Below, piece by piece: positions 44,248-52,830 of a DNA stretch of 53,224 nucleotides (positions are counted from its first letter, which is position 1; every line of letters starts with the position of its first letter). The stretch spans positions 1 through 53,224 of the forward strand of contig DATCDZ010000063.1 of NCBI GenBank assembly GCA_036510395.1. The letters run 5' to 3'. The notes under the pieces were generated by a model. That model was given only the letters and a program-made list of their open reading frames with translations, was not told the DNA's origin and did no database searches. Made by a program: the position numbers and the translations under genes. Source of the DNA: Verrucomicrobiia bacterium (GTDB lineage Bacteria; Verrucomicrobiota; Verrucomicrobiia; Limisphaerales; UBA11358).

Positions 44248-45468
44248 TCACGCGCCAAACTTGTCGAACATCTTCGCATTGGCCTGCATCAGGCGCATGA
44301 GAAATTTCGATTCAAAAACGCCGAGCGAGCCGATGTTCGCGCCGGTTTCGGTGAAGCGCTCCAGCTTGTCGGAGCCGGAAAATTCCGAGTGCAGCAGCAC
44401 CGGCTGCGGATGCCACGAGTGGCCTTTGACGGCGACGGGCGTCGAATGGTCGCCGGTGATGACGAGCACGTCGGGCTTTTTCCGCAGAAAAACAGGCAGC
44501 GCGTCATCGAAGTATTCGATGGCCTTCATCTTGGCGACGAAATCGCCGTCTTCGCCCGCCTTGTCCGTGTATTTGTAGTGGATGAAAAAGAAATCGAAGT
44601 TATCGTATTCCTTGAGGTAAAGCTCGAACTGCTGCTGGATGGTCTGCGCTTCGATTTTTTTCATGCCGACGAGCTGTGCGAGTCCTTTATACATCGGATA
44701 AACGGCGAGGCACGCGGGCTTCAATTTGTAGCGCTCCTCGAACAGCGGGATGTGCGGCTGGTGCGCGATGCCGCGCATGAGAAAACCGTTCGCCGGATGC
44801 TCTTTTGAAATGACCGGCAGCGCGGCCTTGTAAAAATCCGCGACGAGCGCGGCCATTTTTTTCTGGCCGGAATTATTTTCGTCGCGCGGATGAACGGTTG
44901 GAATCGGAAATCCTTCGCGGTTCGGATCGGCGTCGGTCAGCGGGCCTTCGAGTCCCTTGCCGCGAAAGATGACGACGAAGCGGTGTTCCTTTCCGGCCTT
45001 GATTAAAATTTCCGTGTCGCCGATTTTTTTGATTTTGGCCGTGAGCAGCGCGACCAGTTTCTCGCAGACTTCGGTCGCGATTCTTCCGGCGCGGCGGTCG
45101 GTGACAATTCCCTTTTCGTCGAGCGTGGCGAAATTCGCGCGGGCGCAAACGTCGCCCGGTTTCAACTCGATGCCGAGGCCGAGCGCCTCGATGACGCCGC
45201 GGCCGACTTGAAATTCCAGCGGGTCGTAACCGAAAAGCCCCAGATGTCCCGGCCCGCTGCCGGGCGTGATGCCGGGCGCGACGGGAATCATGCGGCCTTG
45301 AGCGGAATCCTTCGCGAGCTTGTCGAGGTTTGGCGTCGAGGCGGCTTCGAGCGGCGTGAGATAATTCTGTTCCTTCGTCGCAATGTCGCCGAGGCCGTCA
45401 AGCACGATGAGTGCGAGCTTGGCTTTTGTTTTAAGTGTCAGTTCGGAATAAATTGTGTCCAAATTCAT
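44248..45468 (-). CDS. apgM: Cofactor-independent phosphoglycerate mutase, archaeal type
   Basis: 'LIVLDGLGD', 'TPNLDKLA', and 'ITGDHSTP' motifs. 406 aa. Confidence 0.85.
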   Translation of the reverse strand: MNLDTIYSELTLKTKAKLALIVLDGLGDIATKEQNYLTPLEAASTPNLDKLAKDSAQGRMIPVAPGITPGSGPGHLGLFGYDPLEFQVGRGVIEALGLGIELKPGDVCARANFATLDEKGIVTDRRAGRIATEVCEKLVALLTAKIKKIGDTEILIKAGKEHRFVVIFRGKGLEGPLTDADPNREGFPIPTVHPRDENNSGQKKMAALVADFYKAALPVISKEHPANGFLMRGIAHQPHIPLFEERYKLKPACLAVYPMYKGLAQLVGMKKIEAQTIQQQFELYLKEYDNFDFFFIHYKYTDKAGEDGDFVAKMKAIEYFDDALPVFLRKKPDVLVITGDHSTPVAVKGHSWHPQPVLLHSEFSGSDKLERFTETGANIGSLGVFESKFLMRLMQANAKMFDKFGA

Positions 45469-45529
45469 GGGTCTAATTTGCGAGGAAGCGGGTGCGAGCG
45501 CAATGCGATTCCGCGCGCGCCTTTAAGAA

Positions 45530-46021
45530 TTATTTCTTGTCGCGGCTGTGGACGAGCAGACCGGTCTGATAAACGAGATAATAGCCGACGGTCAGCGCCA
45601 AAATGAAAAGCGTCAGAGGGCTTTGGAACGGCACTCCGAGATTTGGCGGCGCCGACGCGTTGCCGGAGGAAATATATTTGTAGAGAAAGCGCCCGACGAA
45701 CAAAACTGACAGCGCGATGCCGATGTGCATATTGGGCGTGTAAAAATGGCCTTCGTCGGTCGTTTCAAATTTCGTGAGACGCAACCCGACCAAGCCCAGC
45801 AATCCGCCGAGCAGCAGCCCGCCGCCGAAACCGAGCAGCAAACTGATGTTTTGCAACGACGTGCTGACGATCAAAATGCTGACTGCGGACAAAATGACGA
45901 TGGAAGTGATCGCGCGGCGCGGGCGCAACGGCTGCCTGCCGATGTTGCGGCGGATGCGCCGGAAAATGCTCCAGGCAAAAATGCCGATGATCACAATGGT
46001 GCCGAAATGCTGCGATGACAT
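45530..46021 (-). CDS. Four-TM membrane protein, hypothetical (possibly DUF1453/CcdC-like)
   Basis: 163 aa with four hydrophobic helices and a basic loop 'FRRIRRNIGRQPLRPRR'. The family assignment is uncertain. Confidence 0.55.
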   Translation of the reverse strand: MSSQHFGTIVIIGIFAWSIFRRIRRNIGRQPLRPRRAITSIVILSAVSILIVSTSLQNISLLLGFGGGLLLGGLLGLVGLRLTKFETTDEGHFYTPNMHIGIALSVLFVGRFLYKYISSGNASAPPNLGVPFQSPLTLFILALTVGYYLVYQTGLLVHSRDKK

Positions 46022-46061
46022 TGGCGGAGGTTAAAATTTCAATCCGGCTTGTCGAGAGGAA

Positions 46062-46925
46062 TCACTTTCCCTCAACGCCTTTGAGATAGGCAAAAATGAG
46101 TTCCGGCAAATCGCGGCTGTATCCGCCTTCGAGCAGGCTGAAGAACGGGATTTTCAACGCGCACAATTCCCGGCCGAGCCAATGAAAATCTTCCGCGAGC
46201 AAAGCGCCGTCGGCTAGCGGGTCGCGCTCGTAGGCGTCGAATCCGGCGGACACGGCGACGAGGCCGGGCGAGAAATTCTTCAAGTCGTCCAGCGCGCGGG
46301 CGAGAGTGGCGCGCCAGGTTTCGCGCGGCGCGGACGGCGCGACGGGATAATTGAAACAATTTTCGCCGATATTTTTTCCGCCGGTGCCGGGATACGCTGG
46401 AAACTGATGGACGGAAAAAAAGGCGACGCCTTCGCGGTCGAGTAAAACGTCCTCCGTGCCATTGCCGTGGTGAACGTCGAAATCAAAAACGGCGACGCGT
46501 TTCGCGCCGGCCGCAAGGGCTTCGAGAACGGCGATGGCGATGTTGTTCAAATAGCAGAAGCCCATGGATTGTCCGCGCGTGGCGTGATGGCCGGGCGGAC
46601 GCATGAGACTGAAAACATTTTCGCCGCTGCGGGCGAACTGTAAGGCGTCGAGCGCGGCGGCGGCGGAAGCGCGGGCGCAATCGGAAATGTTTTCAAAAAA
46701 CGGCGTGTCGTTGTCGAAGTCGCGGGGGATTTTCAACCGCGCGAGCATTTCGGGCGAATGGGCGCGGAGGATTTGACCGTCGGAAATGGCTGCCGGAACA
46801 ATCCATTTAACCGGGATTTCATTTTGATTTTTCAACCGCGCGACCGTGGCGGTGATTCGCGCGGGACGCTCGGGATGGGCGTAGCGCGAATAGCCGGCAC
46901 ATTTTTCATCGGTGATGATTGTCAC
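46062..46925 (-). CDS. Histone deacetylase-family (arginase/HDAC fold) deacylase
   Basis: 'RPPGHHA', 'DFDVHHGNGT', 'GGY'. GTG start at 46925. Confidence 0.85.
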   Translation of the reverse strand: MTIITDEKCAGYSRYAHPERPARITATVARLKNQNEIPVKWIVPAAISDGQILRAHSPEMLARLKIPRDFDNDTPFFENISDCARASAAAALDALQFARSGENVFSLMRPPGHHATRGQSMGFCYLNNIAIAVLEALAAGAKRVAVFDFDVHHGNGTEDVLLDREGVAFFSVHQFPAYPGTGGKNIGENCFNYPVAPSAPRETWRATLARALDDLKNFSPGLVAVSAGFDAYERDPLADGALLAEDFHWLGRELCALKIPFFSLLEGGYSRDLPELIFAYLKGVEGK

Positions 46926-46933
46926 GCGAAAAA

Positions 46934-46970
46934 TTTAACCACGGATTAACACGGATGGACACGAATTTTG
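46934..46970. repeat. Family C-like unit array (CACGGAT variant) in a divergent intergenic region
   Basis: 'TTTAACCACGGATTAACACGGATGGACACGAATTTTG'. Confidence 0.6.
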
Positions 46971-47012
46971 TCGGCAACCGCGGCGATTCGTCTAAACTGT
47001 CCGGCGGAAAAC

Positions 47013-48041
47013 ATGAAACTAAAGTTTTTTTCAATCGCCGTTGCGCTTGGCGCGTTTGCCTTCAATGCCGGTGCGTGGGATTATGAGGGGCATCGCGCGA
47101 TCAACCAACTGGCGCTGGCGTCGCTGCCGGATGATTTCGGCATCCAGATGACGCCCGCGCTCAAGGGGCGCATCGCGTTTCTCGCGGGCGAGCCGGACCG
47201 CTGGCGGAATGTTTCGGACCTGCCGTTGAAGCATTTCAACGGGCCGGATCATTACTTTGACATGGAGGACTTGAAACTTTACGGACTGACGCCGGAAACG
47301 CTGCCGATCATGCGCTACGATTTTGTCGCCGACATCGTGAAGGCGCGCTTGGCGCATCCCGGGAGATTTCCGCCAATTGACCCGGACAGGGACGCCGACC
47401 ACACGCGCGAACTGGCCGGATTTCTGCCGTGGGCGATCACGGAGAATTACGAAAAATTGAAATCGGATTTCACCGTGTTGAAGACGCTCAGGCAATACGG
47501 CGGCACGCCCGAGGAAGTCGCCAACGCGCAGGCAGACATTGCTTATGTGATGGGCGTGCTGGGGCATTACGTCGGCGACGGTTCGCAGCCGCTGCACACG
47601 TCGAAGTATTTCAACGGCTGGGATCGGAACGACAACCCGAAGGGCTACACGACGCGGCAGACGTTTCACGCGTGGGTTGACGGCGGCTATTTCAAGAAGA
47701 CCGGCGGAATCAAGGTTGAAACGCTCGTCGGAAAAATAAATCCGGCGGCGCACATTCCGAACGCGGGCGACCCGGAGGCGTTTTTCCGTTATGTCGTCGC
47801 GTATCTCGTCGAGCAGGACAAATTCGTCGAGCCGCTTTATGAAATGGAAAAGAACGGCCAGCTTACCGGCGAAGACGGCAAGGGCATGGACGGCGTGCCG
47901 TTTCTCGACGGGCAGCTTGTGAAGGCCGGCCAGATGCTCGGCAACATCTGGCTGACCGCGTGGCTTGAGTCGTCTGATGAAGACACTTACCTCAAAAGAG
48001 ATCTGCAACACCGAAACGCAACGAATCCGCAGTCAAACTAG
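47013..48041 (+). CDS. Secreted S1/P1 nuclease-like or zinc phospholipase C-like metalloenzyme
   Basis: Signal peptide MKLKFFSIAVALGAFAFNAGA, then 'WDYEGHRAINQLA' and 'GHYVGDGSQPLHTS' metal-ligand-like motifs. The subfamily is uncertain. Confidence 0.55.
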   Translation: MKLKFFSIAVALGAFAFNAGAWDYEGHRAINQLALASLPDDFGIQMTPALKGRIAFLAGEPDRWRNVSDLPLKHFNGPDHYFDMEDLKLYGLTPETLPIMRYDFVADIVKARLAHPGRFPPIDPDRDADHTRELAGFLPWAITENYEKLKSDFTVLKTLRQYGGTPEEVANAQADIAYVMGVLGHYVGDGSQPLHTSKYFNGWDRNDNPKGYTTRQTFHAWVDGGYFKKTGGIKVETLVGKINPAAHIPNAGDPEAFFRYVVAYLVEQDKFVEPLYEMEKNGQLTGEDGKGMDGVPFLDGQLVKAGQMLGNIWLTAWLESSDEDTYLKRDLQHRNATNPQSN

Positions 48042-48215
48042 CGTTTGTTGTTCGCGGTCAAGTCCGTCTTTGGGCCGAAAGCGATTCTCCGCCCTTCCAA
48101 AACCGATGTTAAGCTAGCGGAAATTAAAATTATCCAAGCCGCGAAATGTTCTTGGAAAAATCCCGCGAACCGCCACCCTGTTGCCCAAGTCAACGAATCG
48201 AATTAACTTGACCAC

Positions 48216-48644
48216 ATGAAAAACGATATGGGAAAAGTCACGACGATGATCAAAGTCGCAAATTGGGATGACCTCGCTTTGCTGGCCGCAGGCGCGCGCA
48301 CGGAAAAACCGCGCGCCATGGAAACCAACGCGCTCGTGGACACGGGCGCGGTGAAATTCTATTTGAAATCTTCAATCATCCGCGAACTCGGACTCCGGCC
48401 TGTCGGTCAAATCCAGATGCGCACCATGTCCAACCGCTCGGAATCGCGGACGGTTTTTTCGCCCGTCGCGCTGGAGATTCAGGGGCGCACCGGCAGGTTT
48501 GACGTGGTGGAGATTCCCGATTCACTGCCGAACATCGTCGGCCAGATTCCGCTGGAAGATTTGGATTGGGTGGTGGATTGCCGCAATCAAAAGCTGATTC
48601 CCAATCCCGAACACAAAAACGGCGAGCTGGCGGATGAGTTTTAG
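48216..48644 (+). CDS. Stand-alone retropepsin-like (clan AA) aspartic protease
   Basis: 142 aa with 'ALVDTGAV' (the D-T-G catalytic triplet), a later 'IVGQIPLEDL' flap/dimer-like segment, and no TM or signal peptide. Confidence 0.65.
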   Translation: MKNDMGKVTTMIKVANWDDLALLAAGARTEKPRAMETNALVDTGAVKFYLKSSIIRELGLRPVGQIQMRTMSNRSESRTVFSPVALEIQGRTGRFDVVEIPDSLPNIVGQIPLEDLDWVVDCRNQKLIPNPEHKNGELADEF

Positions 48645-48718
48645 CGCTTGTAATTACGGCATAACCGCCCGATAAAATTGGTCAATTGGTCACGAAATCT
48701 TCGCAAACGAACGATTGG

Positions 48719-51103
48719 CTATTTCTTCAAACGGTAAAACATCGCGCCGCTTGAAATCGAATTCGTAACAACGTAGTTGTTTCCAACGATGACCGGGGAT
48801 GCTGCCGCCGACCAGACTGATGTTGCCGACAATGTGGTGGAATTTTGCAGGCTAAAGCCGGTCGCGTTCGTTAGCCAAAAAAGAACGATTTTATTTCCCG
48901 CAGACTGGAAACCAAGTATCGGCAAAGTGTAAATCACGGTGATGGTGCTTTGGTTCGCGTTGCCAGCGGTGTCGCGAGCCGCGATGGTGACAACATTCGT
49001 TCCGGTTTGCAGCGAGACGCCCGTGATGCTCCAAGCGGTGGTGCCAGTTGCAGTGCCGTTGTCGCCACGATTGTTGCTCCAAGTCACTTGGGCAATGCCG
49101 ACAATATCGCTGGCCGTGCCGCCAAAATTGATGTTGCCGGAATAATTGGTGTAAATCAGAAGCGTTGTCGGCGAAGTAATGTTTATCGTCGGCGGCATGG
49201 TGGCGTAAATCACCGCCAATGTGGCTTGGCCGGTATTTCCGGTGGCATCGTGCGCTGTAACAGTGATTGTGTTCGTTCCGCTTTGCAGGGCAACGCCGGT
49301 AACGCTCCAAGCGGTTGTGCCGGTTGCGGTGCCGCTGCCGCCACGATTATTGCTCCAAGTCACCTGCGTCACGCCAACATTGTCGCCCGCCGTGCCACCG
49401 AGATTGATGCTGCTGACGTTGGTGGAATAAAGCGCGCCAGTCGTCGGTGAAGTGATGCTGATGGTTGGCGGCGTCGTGTCCGGCGGATTGTAGATGACTG
49501 TGAGGGCGGCTTGCGCAGTGTTGCTCACCGTGTCGTAAGCCGTGACTGAAATCACGTTGGTGCCGCTCTGCAAACCGATGCCATTGGCGATCCACGCCGT
49601 TGTTCCGCTGGCGGTGCCGCTGCCGCCGCGATTGTTGCTCCAGGTTATCCGCGCAACTCCAAGAGTGTCGCTGGCAGTGCCGCCCAGATTTATGCTGCCG
49701 GAAGCGGTTGTGTAATTTGAAGCCGTTGTCGGCGAGGTAATCGCAATCGCCGTGTTCAATGCAGTCACAAGCCCAACCTGATAGCCGCCGGATGAAGGTT
49801 GAGTTAAAACGTAACCGCCTGAAATTGAATTTGAAAATGCCATGTATGCCGTGCTGGCGCCCGCGACGGAGTCGGTCAATTGGATGCCGCCGCAACTCGC
49901 GTTTAGTTTTGAATAAGAATAGGTGCCGATGCCGTTCAATCCTCCGCCACTGATTGATGTTATGGTGTAACCGTTCCCTGAAACAGCCGTTGAAAAAGTG
50001 AAGCTGCCATTGGCAGCATACGGGTAGACACCGCTCGTCACAGTGATATAAAAACCTTGCCCGGCGATTGAATTGGGAACTGGATCCGTGAGCGTGGCAA
50101 AATCGCCGGTTTGGGTGTATTGCCCAGATGTTCCGGTGCTTAAAGCGTAGCTTCCCAAGAGCGGAGTGAAATAAAAGAAACTGCCTTTGATTGAACCGTT
50201 GATGCTGTCGGAAAAATTGATTGTTCCAGCAGCGCCATTTCTCGAATAAGAATAGCTGCCGCTGCCGCTGGTGACATCTCCAAGGCCGATCACCTGATAA
50301 CTGCTTCCCGAATTGGCTGGCAGAAAAAGAAAATAGCCGCTGCTGGCAAGAGGCGGCGTGCCGGAGGATACGACGGCAAGAAATGTGTTTCCGGCAATAG
50401 AAGAAGGTGCCTGCGCTGTTAAGAGTGCTATGTTGCCAAACTGGTAGTTACCTGAGGAAGGCTGTGTTGCAAGATAGTCGCCGGACACCGAATTTGAAAA
50501 AACCAAATACGCGGTTTCGCTGCCTCCAACCGAGTCGTTTAATTGGATGATGCCACAGGTTGCGTTTGGTTCGGAATAAGAATAGGTTCCGTAGCTGTTT
50601 GTTCCTCCGGCGCTGATTGCTGTGGTCGTGTATGTGCTTCCTGAAGTGGCAACTGTAAATACAGCGCCGTCGTCCTGCACACTGATATAAAATTTTTGTC
50701 CGACAATCGAAGTCGGAACCGGGTTCGTGAACATGATGAAGTCGCCATTTTGGTAGCTGCCTAAAGCAGGCACTGTAACAGAATTCGTTCCGGACAAAGA
50801 ATTGGCAAATACAAATTTTAGATTTCCAGAAATGCCTGGAAGGGTGAAAGCTGCGGTGCCGGTTGCGCCGGAAGCCGTATAAGAAGAATATGTGCCGGGT
50901 TCGGTTGAACCATCTTCGTTAAAGATTTGCAAGCCGTTGCCCGAATTTGCCGGCACGAAAAGATAAAAGCCGAATCCATCGCCGCCTGTGATTTCCACGC
51001 CAAAAGTTTTTCCGGCGATAGAGGCGGATGCTTGCGCATTCGCCGAATCAAGCGACAGCACAACCATCAAAGCCACCGCAATCGCGAGAATTTTTCGTTT
51101 CAT
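48719..51103 (-). CDS. Secreted multi-repeat surface protein (two large N-terminal repeats, three Ig-like repeats, C-terminal '...FYRLKK' module)
   Basis: ATG at 51103 gives the signal peptide MKRKILAIAVALMVVLSLDSANA. The track N-extension (to 51166) is translated family B repeat. Confidence 0.8.
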   Translation of the reverse strand: MKRKILAIAVALMVVLSLDSANAQASASIAGKTFGVEITGGDGFGFYLFVPANSGNGLQIFNEDGSTEPGTYSSYTASGATGTAAFTLPGISGNLKFVFANSLSGTNSVTVPALGSYQNGDFIMFTNPVPTSIVGQKFYISVQDDGAVFTVATSGSTYTTTAISAGGTNSYGTYSYSEPNATCGIIQLNDSVGGSETAYLVFSNSVSGDYLATQPSSGNYQFGNIALLTAQAPSSIAGNTFLAVVSSGTPPLASSGYFLFLPANSGSSYQVIGLGDVTSGSGSYSYSRNGAAGTINFSDSINGSIKGSFFYFTPLLGSYALSTGTSGQYTQTGDFATLTDPVPNSIAGQGFYITVTSGVYPYAANGSFTFSTAVSGNGYTITSISGGGLNGIGTYSYSKLNASCGGIQLTDSVAGASTAYMAFSNSISGGYVLTQPSSGGYQVGLVTALNTAIAITSPTTASNYTTASGSINLGGTASDTLGVARITWSNNRGGSGTASGTTAWIANGIGLQSGTNVISVTAYDTVSNTAQAALTVIYNPPDTTPPTISITSPTTGALYSTNVSSINLGGTAGDNVGVTQVTWSNNRGGSGTATGTTAWSVTGVALQSGTNTITVTAHDATGNTGQATLAVIYATMPPTINITSPTTLLIYTNYSGNINFGGTASDIVGIAQVTWSNNRGDNGTATGTTAWSITGVSLQTGTNVVTIAARDTAGNANQSTITVIYTLPILGFQSAGNKIVLFWLTNATGFSLQNSTTLSATSVWSAAASPVIVGNNYVVTNSISSGAMFYRLKK
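48920..49741 (-). repeat. Three tandem coding repeats (95, 92 and 87 codons) of an Ig-like unit
   Basis: 'ITSPTT..Y....S.IN.GGTA.D.VG...VTWSNNRG..GTA.GTTAW...G..LQ.GTN...V.A.D..GN..Q..L.VIY' occurs three times. Confidence 0.85.
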
Positions 51104-51122
51104 TTTGTTCCTTCGTTTTTCC

Positions 51123-51200
51123 GTAGGAGACGACGTCAGGAGTCTCTGAATCATTTCCGGTTTCATATTTTAATCAGAGTCTCGTCACCTCGACTCCTAC
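51123..51200. repeat. Family B hairpin element, copy 4
   Basis: 'GTAGGAGACGACGTCAGGAGTCTC ... GAGTCTCGTCACCTCGACTCCTAC'. The terminal CTCCTAC contains the hicA TAG stop (51197-51199). Confidence 0.85.
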
Positions 51201-51415
51201 TTTACGGCGTCCAAAAAATCCTGTAATTCCACGCCGCCGTCGCGCAGCGCGCCTTTGAGAGTGTAGCGGTCCACTTCATCGTGAAAGGGAAAAACAATCC
51301 GTCGTCCGTCGGGATGCTGAATTTTTACATGGCTGCCCTTGCGATGAATCTCGACAAACCCAAGCCGTTGCAAGACCGCCAAAACCCGCCGTCCTGACAA
51401 CAACGGCAGCTTCAT
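51197..51415 (-). CDS. hicA: HicA-family mRNA interferase toxin
   Basis: 'LSGRRVLAVLQRLGFVEIHRKGSHVKIQHPDGRRIVFPFH'. Its start overlaps the hicB stop (ATGA). Confidence 0.85.
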   Translation of the reverse strand: MKLPLLSGRRVLAVLQRLGFVEIHRKGSHVKIQHPDGRRIVFPFHDEVDRYTLKGALRDGGVELQDFLDAVK

Positions 51416-51615
51416 ACCATCATTTCAACGACTTCGCGTTCATCGTTCAGGCTCAATTCTTCCGGTGCCGGCTCCAGATATAAATCAATGGCTTCGCGGA
51501 TGTTTTTCAACGCCGCATCGCGCGTCTTGCCTTGCGACCAGCAACTTTTCAGCGACGGACAATGAGCCACGAAACAGCCGTCCTCGCCATGTTCCAGAAC
51601 GATTTTCAAAGTCAT
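51412..51615 (-). CDS. hicB: HicB-family antitoxin (UPF0150 domain only)
   Basis: 'EDGCFVAHCPSLKSCWSQGKTRDAALKNIREAIDLYLE'. Confidence 0.8.
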   Translation of the reverse strand: MTLKIVLEHGEDGCFVAHCPSLKSCWSQGKTRDAALKNIREAIDLYLEPAPEELSLNDEREVVEMMV

Positions 51616-51624
51616 GTCATCAAA

Positions 51625-51661
51625 GTGCTGTTTTCCTTGACAAATTCAAGCCAAAAAGCAC
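51625..51661. promoter_or_regulatory. Inverted repeat GTGCTGTTTT...AAAAAGCAC around a TTGACA hexamer; possible operator in the hicB/XRE divergent region
   Basis: GTGCT.TTTT (51625-51634) faces AAAAAGCAC (51653-51661). TTGACA lies at 51637-51642. I found no convincing -10 hexamer. Confidence 0.25.
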
Positions 51662-51735
51662 GGTTTGTTTATCCAGCCCTTCATGCAAGTATTCTGGCAT
51701 CCGGCGTCAAGCGTCTTTTTCGGTATTCCTTTCCT

Positions 51736-51990
51736 GTGCCGGTTGCAAAACTAAACGATGCTATCAGTTCTCAAGTCGCGTGTCTGCTAAAAGTGGAGCG
51801 TGAAAAGCGCGGCCTTTCCCTGAACGTGCTGGCCCAAAAAGCCGGTTTGTCGCGTCAAACCGTCAGTTACGTTGAACAGGAAGTGCAAAATCCAACGCTG
51901 GACACATTGCTCCGAATCACATCAGTTTTGGAAATTGACCTCGGAAAAATTATTTGTAAAGCACGGAAAGCTGCGGTCATACAGAAATAA
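51736..51990 (+). CDS. XRE-family helix-turn-helix regulator
   Basis: 'EREKRGLSLNVLAQKAGLSRQTVSYVEQEVQNPTLDTLLRITSVLEIDL'. The start is uncertain: GTG at 51736 is the first start clear of hicB, and the track ORF opens at 51532. Confidence 0.7.
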   Translation: MPVAKLNDAISSQVACLLKVEREKRGLSLNVLAQKAGLSRQTVSYVEQEVQNPTLDTLLRITSVLEIDLGKIICKARKAAVIQK

Positions 51991-52174
51991 GCATCTGGTT
52001 TTTTTCGGCAAATTCCTCGGCGATCATGTCGAACACGTCGTGAAGTTCGTGCTGCGCCTCTTCCGGCGTGCGCCCGATGGCGTGGCAGCCTTCTTCAATC
52101 GCGGGAACGTAGGCGACGTAACTGCCGTTGTCATCGCGCCGGCAAATGACTTGATAATCGAACAGCGTCTTCAC
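51977..52174 (-). CDS. Second HicB-like (UPF0150) protein with no adjacent HicA
   Basis: 'DDNGSYVAYVPAIEEGCHAIGRTPEEAQHELHDVFDMIAEEF'. GTG start at 52174. It overlaps the XRE gene tail-to-tail by 14 nt. Confidence 0.7.
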   Translation of the reverse strand: MKTLFDYQVICRRDDNGSYVAYVPAIEEGCHAIGRTPEEAQHELHDVFDMIAEEFAEKNQMLISV

Positions 52175-52213
52175 TGGATGAAATTAACATTTCCCAAACG
52201 CGCGGTCAAAGCG

Positions 52214-52299
52214 TTTTACTCTGCCGTCGCCAACTCCATGTCGCGCGTGTAATACAAAATCCGGCCGCAGCTTGAGCAGGTCACAATCTCCTTCTGGGC
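52214..52299. repeat. 86-bp direct repeat, copy 1: an orphan duplicate of the last 27 codons plus stop of the COG1579 gene
   Basis: It aligns without gaps to 52831-52916 at an offset of 617 nt, with 6 mismatches. On the minus strand it translates to AQKEIVTCSSCGRILYYTRDMELATAE*. Confidence 0.9.
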
Positions 52300-52527
52300 T
52301 CAACGCTTGCTGGCGTGCAACACGGTCAGGCCTACCACTTCGTCGTTTTCGTAGCGCACGACAACATCGTCGTCGGTCATCTCGCTGTCGGTGGCGTGGC
52401 TGGGCTTTTTGAAATTGATATACAGCACATCCGCCCCGGCGTCGTAGGATGACCAGAGATAATTGTGCGGCGACCGCCTCACGGCGGGCATCAGCTTCAA
52501 AAATTCGTTGATCTCGGCTACGGCCAT
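52300..52527 (-). CDS. DUF2283-like small protein (putative antitoxin)
   Basis: 'SYDAGADVLYINFKKP...DDDVVVRYENDEVVGLTVLHAS' matches the DUF2283 pattern (YD.e.D.LYI ... GieIl.as). Confidence 0.65.
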   Translation of the reverse strand: MAVAEINEFLKLMPAVRRSPHNYLWSSYDAGADVLYINFKKPSHATDSEMTDDDVVVRYENDEVVGLTVLHASKR

Positions 52528-52820
52528 AATTGTTTTTTCCGGTTGAGCGAGGCTTCGCGGCGCGTCAGAAAAGCGGTGATGACAAAGCCGTCGTCAGCGT
52601 CCTCACGATACACGGCCACGAGGATTTTGCCATCTGTTTGTTTTTTGAGCGCAAGCAGTTCGTCCGCGCCACCGGCCAGAATCCGTTCCGGTTTGGAAAC
52701 GGTTTCCAGCACATCCCATTTCAAACCGGCAAGCTCGGCGTGTTCCTCGGTGATGTGCGACCATCGTTCATCCGTGAGGCGAATGGCAGCGCCGTTTCTG
52801 GATGTCACGGTTTCGGTCAT
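52518..52820 (-). CDS. Small conserved protein, probable toxin partner of the DUF2283 protein (family not firmly recognised)
   Basis: 100 aa: 'IRLTDERWSHITEEHAEL...VLETVSKPERI...ILVAVYRE..DDGFVITAFLTRR'. It overlaps the downstream gene by 10 nt. Confidence 0.55.
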   Translation of the reverse strand: MTETVTSRNGAAIRLTDERWSHITEEHAELAGLKWDVLETVSKPERILAGGADELLALKKQTDGKILVAVYREDADDGFVITAFLTRREASLNRKKQLWP

Positions 52821-52830
52821 GGACTTTCAA

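Noticed and set aside
48920-49741. Regular ~276-nt periodicity that could be mistaken for a repeat array or CRISPR
   Set aside because: The period is far too long, there is no short repeat/spacer structure, and the units are in-frame Ig-like protein repeats within one ORF.
51104-51166. N-terminal extension of the 815-aa ORF (MKPEMIQRLLTSSPTEKRRNK)
   Set aside because: It is translated family B repeat. The internal ATG at 51103 is followed by a canonical signal peptide, so the extension is almost certainly not coding.
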